From Bugula neritina (lineage: Eukaryota; Animalia; Bryozoa): 22,386 bases of DNA. The notes under the pieces were generated by a model. That model was not told the DNA's origin, ran no database searches, and saw nothing but the letters and a program-made list of their open reading frames with translations. Of the stretch, positions 1-12,199 are shown in pieces (within the stretch, counting starts at the first letter, position 1; each line of letters starts with the position of its first letter). Both the position numbers and the translations under genes were made by a program. The stretch spans positions 1 to 22,386 of the forward strand of contig CAXIUT010000067.1 in NCBI GenBank assembly GCA_964035545.1, written 5' to 3'.

Positions 1-93
1 CCCAACCCCAACCCCAACCCCAACCCCAACCCCAACCCCAACCCCAACCCCAACCCCAACCCCAACCCCAACCCCAACCCCAACCCCAACCCC
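1..93 (+). repeat. Left telomere, (CCCCAA)n
   Basis: Perfect C4A2 hexamer array at the window start, with the C-rich strand on +, as expected for a left chromosome end of the Tetrahymena-type ciliate telomere. Confidence 0.98.
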
Positions 94-515
94 GATAAAT
101 TTATATTTATATTTATTCTTATTGAATATCAATATCTAATATTTAATAATTATTGTCAAAATCTTAAATTCATAAAAGAGTTGGGATCACGTTGTTGCAT
201 ACTTCATTTACAAGTAAACTAAGAAACAGATGAGACTTTGCTTAAAACCTCTAGATCTGGTTAAATTATCGGATAAATGAATAAAATAATTAATCTGACA
301 ATAGGTTTGATTTTAAATATCAAAAATTCATCAATTCAACTGTTGAAAACTAACAGCAAGAATGTAAAACATGGAGAATAGTATGTAGTAAAGACATGAT
401 TTATCTGATAACAAAAATTTCATCACATTGTCGAACAATATGTGGTCTTAGTGAATGCTATCATAGTTTGTATTTAAAAAATATTTTATAAATAAGTCCT
501 TATCAACAAATTGGT

Positions 516-643
516 GGTGTTATTAATTCGGTTAAATTATTGGTGTTATTAATTCGGTTAAATTATTGGTGTTATTAATTCGGTTAAATTATTGGTGTTA
601 TTACTTCGGTTAAATTATTGGTGTTATTAATTCGGTTAAATTA
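516..643. repeat. Subtelomeric 26-bp tandem repeat, ~5 copies
   Basis: Unit GGTGTTATTAATTCGGTTAAATTATT starts at 516, 542, 568, 594 (one A>C change) and 620 (partial). Confidence 0.92.
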
Positions 644-1027
644 CAATTTGTTAAACAAAAAGTATATTTTTTGTTAGGAACGTTATTATTCTTCTTAATG
701 AAAAGAAAATTGTGATAAATGGTGGTGCAACCAGAATAATGTGCAAATTTAATTCGTAAATTATAACAATTGAAAGAAAATAGAATTACAAAATAAGTAT
801 AATATTCTAATTAAGCAAAGAAAATAGGCGTATCTAAATTATCTTTTTTGTATTTACTGCAGCTTTTTGGATATTCTCACAGCTTTATTTTTAAAAAGAA
901 GTATCCCTACAAAGAGTTTATTAAAAAAGTGTAAAAGTAACAAAAGTTGATTTAAAAATAGAAACAGAATTGGATGAAACGTAATTTTCATAGTTTAGAA
1001 TGATAATTAATTATCAATTACTTATAA

Positions 1028-1468
1028 ATGAGTGGAAAATAAAATGAAAACTCCCTATTTCCAGATTTAGATAGTCTTGATTCTATCTATTAATCCGCCC
1101 TGTAATAATCTTTGATTAATGTTAAAAAGTTTGGTAACATTCAACAACCATAACTAAAATAAATAGATCCTCTTGTTATGGTTACGTCTATTTGGAATTT
1201 TAAATTGGCAATTAAGATATCAGAAGATCAAGAATAAAAAGAAAAATTTCAAAAAATAATGGAAATATTAAAAGAAGAAATGGCTATCAAGAAAAATAAT
1301 CCAAAAAAAACTTATATCTAAAAAATGTTTGGTAATTTTTGGAAGACAGTAACTGTGGGTTTTAGTAGTTGTTGGAAAGGATAAAAATAAACTTAATAAC
1401 TTATAAGACTGGAACAAAAGTAAGAAGAGACTCAAATGCTGAGTAGAATTTTTTAAAAAAACCTTTGA
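1028..1468 (+). CDS. Hypothetical protein, 146 aa (TAR=Glu)
   Basis: ATG 1028 to TGA 1466-1468 is open under table 30: MSGKENENSLFPDLDSLDSIYESALEESLINVKKFG...SRIFEKNL*. Composition is protein-like and helical; no family recognised. Confidence 0.55.
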
Positions 1469-1536
1469 AAGAAGAAATGATGAATAAATCAATAAATTTT
1501 TATGAATAATTAATATTGAATATTTATTCATATTCA

Positions 1537-2182
1537 TCATTAATGAGTTTGTTCTCTAAAGTTTGTGTGAGGAGCCACATACTTATATCCATCTCTTGCG
1601 TATTTTGTCTTCTTTTCTTCATCACTAAATGAATTTCTCTTGCTTATGATCTATTCTTCTTTTTGATTCAGTTTTTTAGCCATTTCGTGCATGTAGTAGC
1701 TGTTGATTTCTGTAAAATGAGCAGAGGCTCTGTTTTGAAGTGCATTGATTGGACTGGCATTTAAGCGATCTTTCATATATCTTAAAGTTGTTCCTCTAAA
1801 TAATATGAACTTTACTCTTATGTAAGGAAATCTTCGGGCATTGAGTATACAAAGAGAGTTCCCATGAAAGAAGCCATTCCTAAAAACATGAGGACTCGAT
1901 AGTTTCTGAGTAAAGTATGACCGTTCATGGTAAGACTCCTAAGTGGATAAAATAGTACTTGACCATAGAATATTTATGGAAAAGGAATCCCATGTTCGAG
2001 ACGATGATATGGTTGACATAAGCAATAAGTTTATTAGTTGGATGATATCCGAATTATCTGGGACCAAAGGAGTAGAAGCGTCCAATTCTTCCAAGAAGTC
2101 CGCTTTTCTTGGCTAACTTTTCATTGACAAAGGTGCTTACAGGTTTTAGAGCAACTAGCCAGGCTCTCTGGATGAAATTCAT
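1537..2182 (-). CDS. Mitochondrial ATP synthase subunit i/j (ciliate type), 201 aa; introns 1939-1958 and 1796-1815 (20 nt each)
   Basis: MNFIQRAWLVALKPVSTFVNEKLAKKSGLLGRIGRFYSFGPREFGYHP...NALQNRASAHFTEIN...KKTKYA closely matches my recollection of the Tetrahymena ATP synthase i/j subunit (MNPIQKAWL...GPREYGVHP...RTSAHYIEIN). Two GT-AG introns restore the frame. It ends with TGA TGA. Confidence 0.8.
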
Positions 2183-2222
2183 TTTGTTGGAATAAATATA
2201 TAATCAACTAAATCATTCTTTA

Positions 2223-2629
2223 TCATTCAAAGTAGATTCCAAAGACCATTCCTGTGCAAAATAGGTTTTCATTCGTAAAGGTGCAGGAAGCCCAGTTATC
2301 GAATTTAGGATCCCAGAGAGATTTAGATGCGACTCTTAGACCTTGTCCTTTTAGTTCGCCTAGAATCACTTGCACTCCTAACTTATATCTAGGCATTTTG
2401 AGCTCTTTTCTTAATATAAGAGTACCTTTGATTCTTGATCGAATGATTCTTGAGAGTTACTAAGTTAGTTATGCGCTGGATGCTGCATCATATGTTGCAG
2501 TTTTAAGTTTTTATGCAAAAATACTGTCCATAATGGCTCGCACTTTGCTTGGAAAGAATCTCAATGAATAAGAAACTACATTTAATCTTTTTATGGTTCG
2601 AGTTGATAGGTGTTGCCTGCTTCTGTCAT
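2223..2629 (-). CDS. Tctex-1 family dynein light chain (TCTEX1D/DYNLT2-like), ~121 aa; introns 2560-2579 (20 nt) and 2405-2425 (21 nt)
   Basis: MTEAGNTYQLEP...PRYKLGVQVILGELKGQGLRVASKSLWDPKFDNWASCTFTNENLFCTGMVFGIYFE* carries the typical Tctex-1 motifs (RYK..V...GE..GQG..VASxxLWD...D, FGxYxE). The ORF track misses this gene. Confidence 0.92.
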
Positions 2630-2713
2630 TAAAGTTACACAATTATTTGATTTGAAACAATTTATATCAAATCTAAAAAATATAACTATAATTTGTTAGA
2701 AAAAGTAACACAA

Positions 2714-4248
2714 TCATCTAAGACAAATGCCTTAGCTCTGCAAAAACCCTACGTTCTTGCGAGAGTTTTCTCCTTTATTCGGAAAAAGATTCCAGAATCT
2801 AAGAGTCTAGTCGCCTGCTCCTGTTACTACTGTACTTCCGTCTGCACTCATAGCTAAATAAAGTACTCTACTGGTATGACCTGTTAAAGTAGCTACCTTC
2901 GACATTGAAGGCATTTTCCACAGATTTATCTCATGATTTTGGTATCCATGGGTACTGATTAGTTCCTGAGATACTTTACTGAACATTAAAGAACAAACTT
3001 GAGATCCTGCATCCACTACTTTAGTGGTTGTTCCTGTTAAAGTATTTCTAAATCTGATGGTTCTATCAGCTGTTCCTCCTCCTGAAACAAGAAGTCCATG
3101 TTGATGAGGAGACCAAGCTACAGCTTTGACTGCTGCTTCATGATCATAGAATTTGATAACTGGTTCAGAGGCATGAGGACTCCAAACTAGAAGACGGTTA
3201 TCATTACCTCCAGAGCAGAGTTGTTGTTCATCTGGAGACCATTTTAGTCCACAGACTTCTTGCTTATGTCCTTAAAACCTTGATATAAATTGAGATGAAT
3301 CTCTAAGATCTCTATTTAAAATTGTTTTATCTCTTGATCCTGTGCTCAGAATAGTTGAACTCCAACTAATTGCTCCAACTCGATTAGAATGACCGATTAA
3401 TGATCTTACTTTTTTCATTTTTTGAATGTCCCATACTTGTACTTCACCTGACTCGCTTCCTACTGCTATCATAGGTTATTTTTGTGACCATCCTAATCCT
3501 GTTACAAGGGGATTTCCTAAATCACAAAGTTTTAGAACTTTTGAATTGGCTGCATTCCATAGATAAACGCTTGATGAGAGTCCGACTGAAAGATAGTTTT
3601 GAGGTCCCCAGTCAAGTAAATTAAGATAGTAGTCATCTTGTAGAGAAGGAGCATCAAGTACTTTAATGGGTAGTTTGTTGATTTTTCTTCCTCTAGGAGA
3701 TTACTTCTACATGTTGTCTGTCCATTGGAGTCCTGTTTATTTAAGGGAGAATTGATTTAGTGGAGTATTAGTGGGCTTATTGGCAAACTTGAGGATATTA
3801 TTGTTTTAAAAGCTTTAAATACTTGTTTATTTTCTTTTTCTTGGTGAATCTGTCATGACAACTTTGAGGTAGAGATCACTGACTGACACTCTTTCTTCTT
3901 CTGAAATGAACCCTTTGTTCTATACGTTAGCATCATGTTCTTATTCACTAATCATTGACTCTTTTTTGACGAGTTTTCGCTTGGGAATGTATCTATCTCC
4001 TTCTGGACTTCGATCTATTTCTGGAGATCCTTCTAAGGAATGGTTCTCTACTATTTGTTGAAAGGAATTGACGCATTCTAAATGACAAAAACGATACTGA
4101 TTGGAGATAGCGAAAGGAATGTTGGATTTGATTTATAAGAATTTGAGGTGGATTAGCGTTTTATTGGAGGACTTTCAGGATAGTCGGTCAAAGACTGCTT
4201 ATTGAGGTTAGTTGGAGTTAGTTCAAGTTGAGATGATTCTTGGTCCAT
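2714..4248 (-). CDS. FZR1: APC/C co-activator Fizzy-related/Cdh1 (CDC20 family WD40 protein), ~504 aa; intron 4078-4097 (20 nt)
   Basis: C-box DRYIPKR; KVLDAPSLQDDYYLNLLDW; GHKQEVCGLKWS; GHTSRVLYLAMSADGSTVVTGAGD[TAG=E]TLRFWNLF; C-terminal LR tail (IR-tail equivalent) before TGA. Confidence 0.93.
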
Positions 4249-4430
4249 GGACAGTTTTGCTTATTTAATAAAATTATATAAGAACTCTAATTTATCAAGA
4301 TTTATAATCCATTATTGTTTCTTAACAATAACTGAGTTACTTAGGAAAAGTAGATATAATTCAATGAGATAGTTTTTATGGAGTTAATAAGTGAAGAGTC
4401 AACAAAATTCTGAGGCAATAAAGATGAATA

Positions 4431-6257
4431 TCACTCTTAAGCTCTCGAGGCATAATATAAAACATCTTCGTCTTGTTTTTATTCTTTTACTTTGCTTATA
4501 AACCCTTGGAAATCTTTTCTTGTATTGACTGACAGTTGTCCCTTTATCTGTGCATATGAAATAAACAAACTAACCAGTACATTAGCTATTTTCTCATTCT
4601 ACATTTTTTATACTGAATAAATATATAATTACGAAGAGTAGCGATGATTTTTCCCATTTGAACTTTATCAAATCCTTAAAGCTCTTTTAAGAAGGTACTA
4701 GCTGTCACACGATAGATATAGTTAGCCTATCCTGCTAGTTGACTGATATACTTATGAAGAAGTTCAAAATACTGTTAGTTGTCGAGGAATGATTGACATT
4801 TGACTAAAGACTTAATTGTTTGTTCTCGAACAGCATAGTTATGATCTTTGAGGAAGTTATTAATAATTTTATCCAAAAAATCTTTATGGTTTTAGTAGCT
4901 GAGAGTCTTCATGAAATTAGGTATATTTTATGAGATGGCAAGTTTAAATCTCCATTTTTTATCATTCAAACATCCTTAAATCAAAGGAATCAGATATTTA
5001 ACAGTCCCCTATGCTCCAACTATTTCACTCAATTCCATAACTCTTTGCATGATTCCAATACGCACCACATGACTTTAATCTTTAAGAAGACTAGCTAGAA
5101 TGGGAATTCCAGCATCTGTTACACTATTTTTATCTACAGTTTTAAAATAAGGAATAATAGCTTCAACTAAAGCTAGCTTTACTGTTGGTACTGATTATTT
5201 GTTACCATCTTTACTTGCTTTTTAGATATACTGGAAGAAAATATTCCATGATTGCTGTTGACTAAGTTTCTGAGTTATTTATGATAATTTTATCAAAGAA
5301 ATAGCTCTTACTTATGCCTAAATATCTTTTAGAAGTTCTTAAAAAGTTTATACTACATCTTTTCTTAAAATATCTTTTTAAAGATATGGAGCAATAGAAA
5401 CTAAACACTCAACTAAAGAGTATCTAATTCTCCAACTTTTCTTACCAGAATCAACAAATCTAACTTGCTTGAATATTTTCTATGTGACTTATTATTTCTT
5501 TAATACTCTAGCTATAATAACAGCACACTCTAGTGCTTTTATTTTGATTATATCAAAAGTATCGGATATTAGAGAGTTCCATATCTAATAAAAATCGTTT
5601 CTAATTATTTTCTTTTCTACTACTTTTGAAAAATCTTCTATTGTTTAAGCTACTGCTCTTCTTAGAAGAGGACTTCCTTATTTAAGAGCTAATGATTTAA
5701 AGAGAGTTCTAAGTTATGCTTGTTTATCTTATGTGACATGAGAGTAAGTTGTTGGAATTAAGAAGCAGGCGGCTATTTTAGGAGCATATGCTTTCTCTTT
5801 TTCACATAAAGTGCAAATCAATGGAAAATAATTTTTATCGTAAAAATCTATATTCAAAAAGATGATTACCTTTTTTCTGTCCTTCTGCGAGCTTTTTAAG
5901 ACATTTAACTGCTGTATCTCGAACTGGAGGTTGATCAAGTGAAGCTAATACTCTTAGAGGATAGATAAGAGCAGATAATTATTCTGAATTGCTACAGAAT
6001 TTTTTGAGTTCTAGGATTCCTTAGCAGACTTTGATGAGGAATTAATTTTCATTATCCATTTGTTCAATGATTTAGATGAGGTAGGGGATGAGTTCTTCTT
6101 TGACTCGATTATGTCCTAAATTGATGATGAAGGTACCTAGGACTTAGCCGATGACAGCTATTTTGCTGGCTGCATTTAGTTTTAGAGAGGGATTATCGCT
6201 TTTGAGTTCTTATATGTATACAGTACAATCTTATTCTCCACTATCGTCCACACTCAT
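4431..6257 (-). CDS. PPP2R1A: Protein phosphatase 2A scaffold subunit A (HEAT repeats), ~587 aa; introns 6116-6136, 5848-5869, 4613-4632
   Basis: YIEELKSDNPSLKLNA...LGHNRVKEELIPYL...LASLDQPPVRDTAVKCL...DEDVLYYASRA matches the PP2A-A architecture. Three tiny GT-AG introns give 588 codons, the usual family length. Confidence 0.88.
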
Positions 6258-6412
6258 TTCAAAAGGAAATTCAAATAATCACAAATTTAGATTGTTTATC
6301 TTATTAACAACCAACTTTCAATAAATATTAATATCAACTCTATGTAAGCAAATAAATCAAAAAAGGATGATTTCTTGTTTTTTCTAAGATATTGAAATAA
6401 TATTTAATAACT

Positions 6413-7277
6413 ATGTCAAGACTGTCCAACTTAGCAAAAGTTAGTGTTTATGTCAAATCAGGAAGTTCATCTGTAGCTGGGAAAGTCATTCTTGGAGCAT
6501 CTCTAGTATCGGCTTTTTTTGGAGTTTCTTCCTATATGCAATCTTTTGCTGCCTAAAAAGAATTAGAGTTTCGTAAAAGTCAACTCAAACTACCAGTCTA
6601 TAAACTTTCAGAATAACAAACTGTTAATCCTCCCTGGAATCATGATAATATAGATAGTTGGCTTTATCGCAGAGGTATATCCATCTAACTTAGTTGAAGT
6701 TATTGGTAGACCTATTCATGGAAAAGCTATTAATATCCCTACTAGGATGTTCGAAATACTTGGCGCTGAAGAGGTTGTTCCTCTAGTTACTAGAGAAGAT
6801 AGTAAATATCAGAACCGTCAGGGATTGTTGTTTTCTATGGGATTTGTTCCTGAATTTTTCAAACACCCTACTTGTCGTCCAAGAATCGAGAGAGTTGATA
6901 GACAAAAGTTTATAGGTTTTGTTAGTAAAATGAGTTAACTTCAAAACAAACAATACTTTAATGGAAATGCAACCCAAAAAGGAAGATTGTTCTATAACTG
7001 TGTTGATCTTTAAGATATGGGCAAAAGTTCATAACTTCAAAATAGACAAGAAGCATCAGTAGCTATAATTGAGCGACTGGCTTAAACTGGAGATTTCAAC
7101 TAACGGTCATCTAATCGAAGAGGAGTTGATGCTTCATTTACTGAGCCATATCCTTGGGCTAAGACTGAAGCAGGAGCACTGCAGATGGATAAGATGCCAT
7201 GGGACCACAGAAATGACTCCAAACACTACTTCTGTGCAAGTATTTTTGGATTTTTTGTGGGCGCTTCTGTCTTTTGA
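6413..7277 (+). CDS. SURF1: SURF1-like cytochrome c oxidase assembly protein, 281 aa; intron 6675-6693 (19 nt)
   Basis: N-terminal presequence and hydrophobic segment, then WLYRRVEVIGRPIH, VVPLV, GLLFSMGFVP and a C-terminal H..plus hydrophobic tail. This fits the SURF1 layout (YRxVxxxG, LVNRGWVP-like) but is divergent. Confidence 0.7.
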
Positions 7278-7414
7278 TGAAATAGTAACTAATCATAGTG
7301 ATTGCAATTGTTATGGAATATATTTAAGTTGAAAATTAACTATATATTTTGGGAGCGGTTATAAAAGTTAAATTGATTTGAGAAACACGTAAACAGTTGT
7401 ATATAGATTATAAA

Positions 7415-8892
7415 ATGGTAAAATCGGAAGAAGGAACCAAGCTTTTAAGCATCTTGAAGCCCGCCATAGGACTTATTCCTGAAGTAGAGCACCCCATTGG
7501 AGTCATCTCCTTCTAAACCAAACAAATCTGGACAGGTATCGTTGTACTCGTCTATCTTCTATGTTGTCAGATACCACTTTATGGTATCATAAAGAGTGAA
7601 GAATCTGATCCTTTTTATTGGATGCGTGCTATCTTGGCATCAAACAGAGGTACTCTTATGGAGCTCGGTATTTCTCCAATTGTGACTGCTTCTATGATTA
7701 TGCAGCTTTTGAGTGGAGCTAAACTGATCAAGGTTGATCAGAACAATAAAGAGTAGAAATCTCTTTATGAGGGAGCTCAGAAGTTGGCTGGTATTGTAAT
7801 AGCTTTTGGACAATCATTTGCCTACGTATGGTCTGGAATGTATGGAGATATTTCAGAAGTTGGAGCAGGAAACGCTATCTTGATCGTTGTTCAATTGACT
7901 CTTGCTTCTTTGATTACAATTCTTCTTGATGACATGTTAGGCAAAGGATATGGAATTGGTAGTTCAGCTACAAGTATCTTTATTGCTATCAATATGGCTG
8001 AAACAATCGTATGGAATTGTTTTTCACCTTTATCGTTTAAAAACAAAACTGGAGATACTGATGTTGAAGAATATGAAGGAGCATTTGTCGAACTATTCTA
8101 TGGTATATTCTTCAAGTCAAATAAACTTGGATCTTTGAATGATGCCTTATTTAGAGAAAGTTTACCTAATTTGAGCAATATTTTAGGTACAGTATTTGTT
8201 TTTTTGGTAGTCATTTACTTCCAAGGATTCAAAATAACTCTTAAATTGGCTAATAACAAAGCTACATCTGATTCGTCTTATCCAATCAGATTATTCTATA
8301 CGTCAAATATGCCTATCATTTTGATGAGTGCATTGATATCAAATGTATATTTCTTTTCTCAAATGCTTTACAGAAACTTTAGAGGGTCTTTCATCACTTC
8401 TATTTTTGGTAAATGGCAAGAAGCTGGATATCAAGGTCAAATTGTACCAGTTGGAGGCCTTATTTACTACATTACTTCACCTAAAACGTTTTTAGATGCC
8501 CTTACTGATCCCATCCATACTATCATCTATGTTGGCTTTGTTGTTGGAAGTATCTCTCTTGTTATTTAGGTTGTGCTCTTTTCAGTAAAACTTGGATTAG
8601 CGTCTCAGGACAGGGACCTAGATAAGTTTGTGATAACTTGAAAGAACAAGGAATGACCATGAAAGGATTTACTGATAGAGGAACATATTAAAAAATTAAA
8701 GGAATTATCGAAACAGCTGCTTTGTTGGGAGGTATTTGCACTGGTCTTTTGACCATTTTTGCTGACTTTTTAGGCGCTATTGGTTCTGGAACAGGAATTC
8801 TTCTTTCAGTAACAATTATCTATGGTCTTTACGAGGATATAATGAAGGAGAAGGCTACTGGAAAGCAGAAAGGAGGAAAGCAAGGAAACTGA
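7415..8892 (+). CDS. SEC61A: Sec61 translocon alpha subunit, 485 aa; intron 8550-8569 (20 nt)
   Basis: [79 protein letters not shown]. Confidence 0.98.
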
Positions 8893-8980
8893 TTATAATC
8901 TGACATATCATTTTAACATATGATTGATAGGATAGTCCGTCTTCTTTTGTTGAGGAGAAAGTTATACAAATAAAATTATT

Positions 8981-9696
8981 ATGTCAAACAAACACTAGTA
9001 GGGCTATATGCCATGGGATAGATCTGGAAACAGGTTGTTGGTGAAGTCTTAGTTAGCTAAAAATAGACCAACAAACTACGAAATTCCTGACTCGAACTTT
9101 GTTTATGGCAAAATAACTGCTGATGACCCATAGCATGCTAATGAGGTGATGTATAAGTGGAAAAATCATTAAAAAACTAATAATCAAAACCATTTGAAGC
9201 AGAAAGACTTTATTTAAACGAACAAACAGTGTCTCCATAGCTTACTACATACTTCATCACAATTTTCAGGACATCGAAAAGATAAGACTCAGTATAAAGG
9301 AGTCAGATAAGGCACTAATGTTATACCTATAAAACTTCCAGAAGCAAACCATTTCTATGGAAAACCTCTTGAGTAAAATATGATTTTATTTAGTCTATAA
9401 GACCCAGTTAGACTTGTGGTTGCTAATAGTTATGGGTAGGATGATAAAGATCTTAGGCATACTTTCTATGCCAATCAGAGCCAGGTCAGTTCAGCTCCTC
9501 ATAGAAGATTAAGTTGCCATATTGTAGATATTATTTTAAATAGACAAAGAATCATAATTTAGTGAAGGGAGCTACTGCTAAGAGGTTGGCTAAGTTTGAT
9601 TGGGAGAAGCAGGATGCTCTTTGGAAGTTGTCTAAGTTCAAAGGAGTTAATTATAAGGTTGAGACAAGGAGACCTCGAGTTGAATCAACTAAATGA
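8981..9696 (+). CDS. CFAP77: CFAP77-like ciliary microtubule inner protein, ~224 aa; introns 9373-9393 (21 nt) and 9524-9543 (20 nt)
   Basis: NRLLVKSELAKNRPTNYEIPDSNFVYGK...KDFIETNK...LPEANHFYGKP...LWKLSKFKGV follows the motif order I recall for CFAP77 (NPLL.K..LG, P...F.YG, DF...NK, LWKxxKF). Confidence 0.75.
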
Positions 9697-9754
9697 TTAA
9701 TAAGGCCTATACTCATCTATATTATCGTAATATTTAAATTTAGAGGAGCACAAA

Positions 9755-11560
9755 ATGTATGCCAAATTTAAAAACTTTTTTGCTAAACAAAACACCACTT
9801 CAACTCCATCTCTTTCCTAGGAATTTGACCACTCGAAGGTGATGCCAGGAGATGCATCTCAGTGTCCTTTTATGTCAAAGCAATCTAGAAAGGAGGGAGA
9901 TGAAAAGAAGTGTCCAGTGACGGGTAAGGGAGTAGCTAAGGCAACAGAGGATTCTGATTCATAGGATTAGAAGCCAAAGGGAGGATGTCCTTTTATGAGT
10001 GGTACATCAGATAAAAAGAAGAATCCTAATTTAGGTTTAAATGAATGTGGATTTGATGAGCCTTTTATTTCTAAGTTCAAATTTTATCTATCGGCTTCTA
10101 AAATAGACTTCAGTTCAATGAAAAATGGATAGTTTCCTGTAATAAATCGATAGTTATTCAATTCTTATCCTATTTATCTAAAGCACACCCTGTTTTATAA
10201 TGGATAGGATTATAAGAAGGTAAGAAATTTATAATGTTGTTCAAGGTTTATGGCATATTAGCAACTTAGAGAGAAAGGAAATAAAAAATACAATAAAAAA
10301 TTATATTATTAAGCTTTGGATTATTACTAGAGAGCACTATCACTCTTTAGATGGCTTTAATACCACTAGCCTTTGAATTAAAGTACTTTGTCTTCAAATA
10401 AAATATTAACTGAACAAAGTTTAGATTAGATGTCTGAAAGTGGATCAAAAATGAATATTAACGTATAAGATTAAAAAAATTAAGATCCATCTGCTTTTTT
10501 TGACTAGTTGAAAACTAAATATAAATAATTTTTTACGACTTATAGTGATGACAATACTAAATATTATGATGGAGAGGAATTAAATTAAACTGCTGATATT
10601 GAGATGAGAAAATCTTTGCTTATACAAATCTATCTCAATATGTCTGCAGCTTATATCAATACTCATCACTACTCTTTGGCTGAACTAATTTGTAATGATG
10701 GTTTAGAACTTTCTGATAAAGTTTCACAGCTGTATTTCAGAAAAGCTCAAGCTCTATCGATGAGAAATGATTGTACTCTTTAACAGCTATAATTGGCTAA
10801 AGAGTGTATTGGAGTGGCTATTGAAAGGAGAGCAGGATAAAAAATATTTTCAACTGCTAATAACAATATCCTTAAAATGTTGAATCTTCATGATTCGGAG
10901 GAGGCCTATGAGGAATGTAGGAAACATGTTGAAGATTGCATTTAAAAAGTAAAGGCTAAAAACTAAAAGAACTATCAAAGGATATACAATCGTACTAAAG
11001 AGATAAATGAAGTCTAGAAAAAGATAATAGCTGAAGGCAAGGTTCCTAAATAAGGTCGATCATAAAAGGTTCTTTACAATACTACTTAAATGAAAATAAT
11101 ATAAAAAATGATATTAAAGTATACCAAAGTTATTGAATTTTATACTGAATCTAAAAATGCAGAACAAGTTATGTTAGCTAAAAAAGAACTTCAATAAGTA
11201 TTAAGGATAAAAAGTGAAGTTAAAGATTATTTTGATGTTCAACTTCAAGAAATCGATGACTAGTTAGGAGGGTTAGATTCTTAGAAAATAAGAGGTCGAG
11301 TGGCATATGTTAAGACAGACTATGCAGAAGCAATCTACAATGCAGGTAAATTTAATTTTACTATGCTTGAGTGGGTGATCAAGGAGATAGTGAAGGAAGA
11401 ATCATAAGAAAAGAAGAAATAATAAGAAAAGTAGAAATAAAAGGTGGAAAAGGTGCCTAATAGTGGGATATTGTAGTTGAAGAAGGGTAACTATAAGTTG
11501 TTGTACTTTTTGGTGGTGATTCCATTGATTGTGATGGGAGTGAACGTGTTTATTCTTTGA
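9755..11560 (+). CDS. TPR-containing, tail-anchored membrane protein with N-terminal Cys-Pro motifs, 601 aa
   Basis: Uninterrupted ORF under table 30. TPR-like segments are LREKGNKKYNKKLYYEALDYYERAL, IYLNMSAAYINTHHYSLAELICNDGL and LYFRKAQAL. The C-terminus is hydrophobic (LLYFLVVIPLIVMGVNVFIL*). The N-terminus carries CPFM, CPVT and CPFM. Confidence 0.85.
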
Positions 11561-11587
11561 AGTGATGGTTCATAGTTGATAATTAAA

Positions 11588-12070
11588 TCATTTTGGTATG
11601 AGTTTTCCTTATTTGACCATATTGGGCACTTCTGCTGCTAGCCATGGTCCAAGAGCCATGGCAAGTGCATGAGCAATACCTAACTTGGGCGTATGTTTGG
11701 CCCATAGAGGTGCAAAGTGTATATCTTGGCATATTTTACCTCCTCTATACATCTTAATAGTTTTTCCTTATAGTTCTGGTAGTTATAGTTCAATGGGAGA
11801 GCTGGGATAGGTGGCAGGTATTTAAAATTGTAATTTGAATTCATATCTAACTAAATTGTAAGTATATGAACATATTCCTTGCCATTTTACTCCATCTTTT
11901 GATGGTTCAACTTTAAACCAATCGTTATCTTGTTGCTTATTTGATTTTACATAAAATATGATTGCTCTTAGCTCCTATTTGAGTCTATCTATCCATTTTT
12001 AATCTTTAGGACCAGCGTGGAGAGTTAATAATGGTATTTTAGAAGCTGCTTCTTCGATAGAGCTCATCAT
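11588..12070 (-). CDS. UFC1: UFM1-conjugating enzyme 1, 160 aa
   Basis: [18 protein letters not shown][TAG=E]EL...NKQQDNDWF...IPATYP...[44 protein letters not shown]. Confidence 0.96.
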
Positions 12071-12199
12071 GTTGAATTAGTATAAAGATATAAAAATAAT
12101 AAGAAGAAATAAAAGGGCAGATGATGAGAGAGGTGTTTTTATTTCTAGTTAAGTGATTTTTTGAACAGATATCAATTAATAAATAATTTATCAACACAA

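Noticed and set aside
170-1003. Possible ORFs in the left subtelomeric region (e.g. ATG 719 to TGA ~1003)
   Set aside because: Several overlapping frames are open because only TGA stops translation. No motif was recognised, and the region is interrupted by a non-triplet 26-bp repeat.
2714-12070. Pseudogenes, suggested by the many TAA/TAG codons
   Set aside because: These codons sit at conserved Glu positions, and the genes are full length under table 30.
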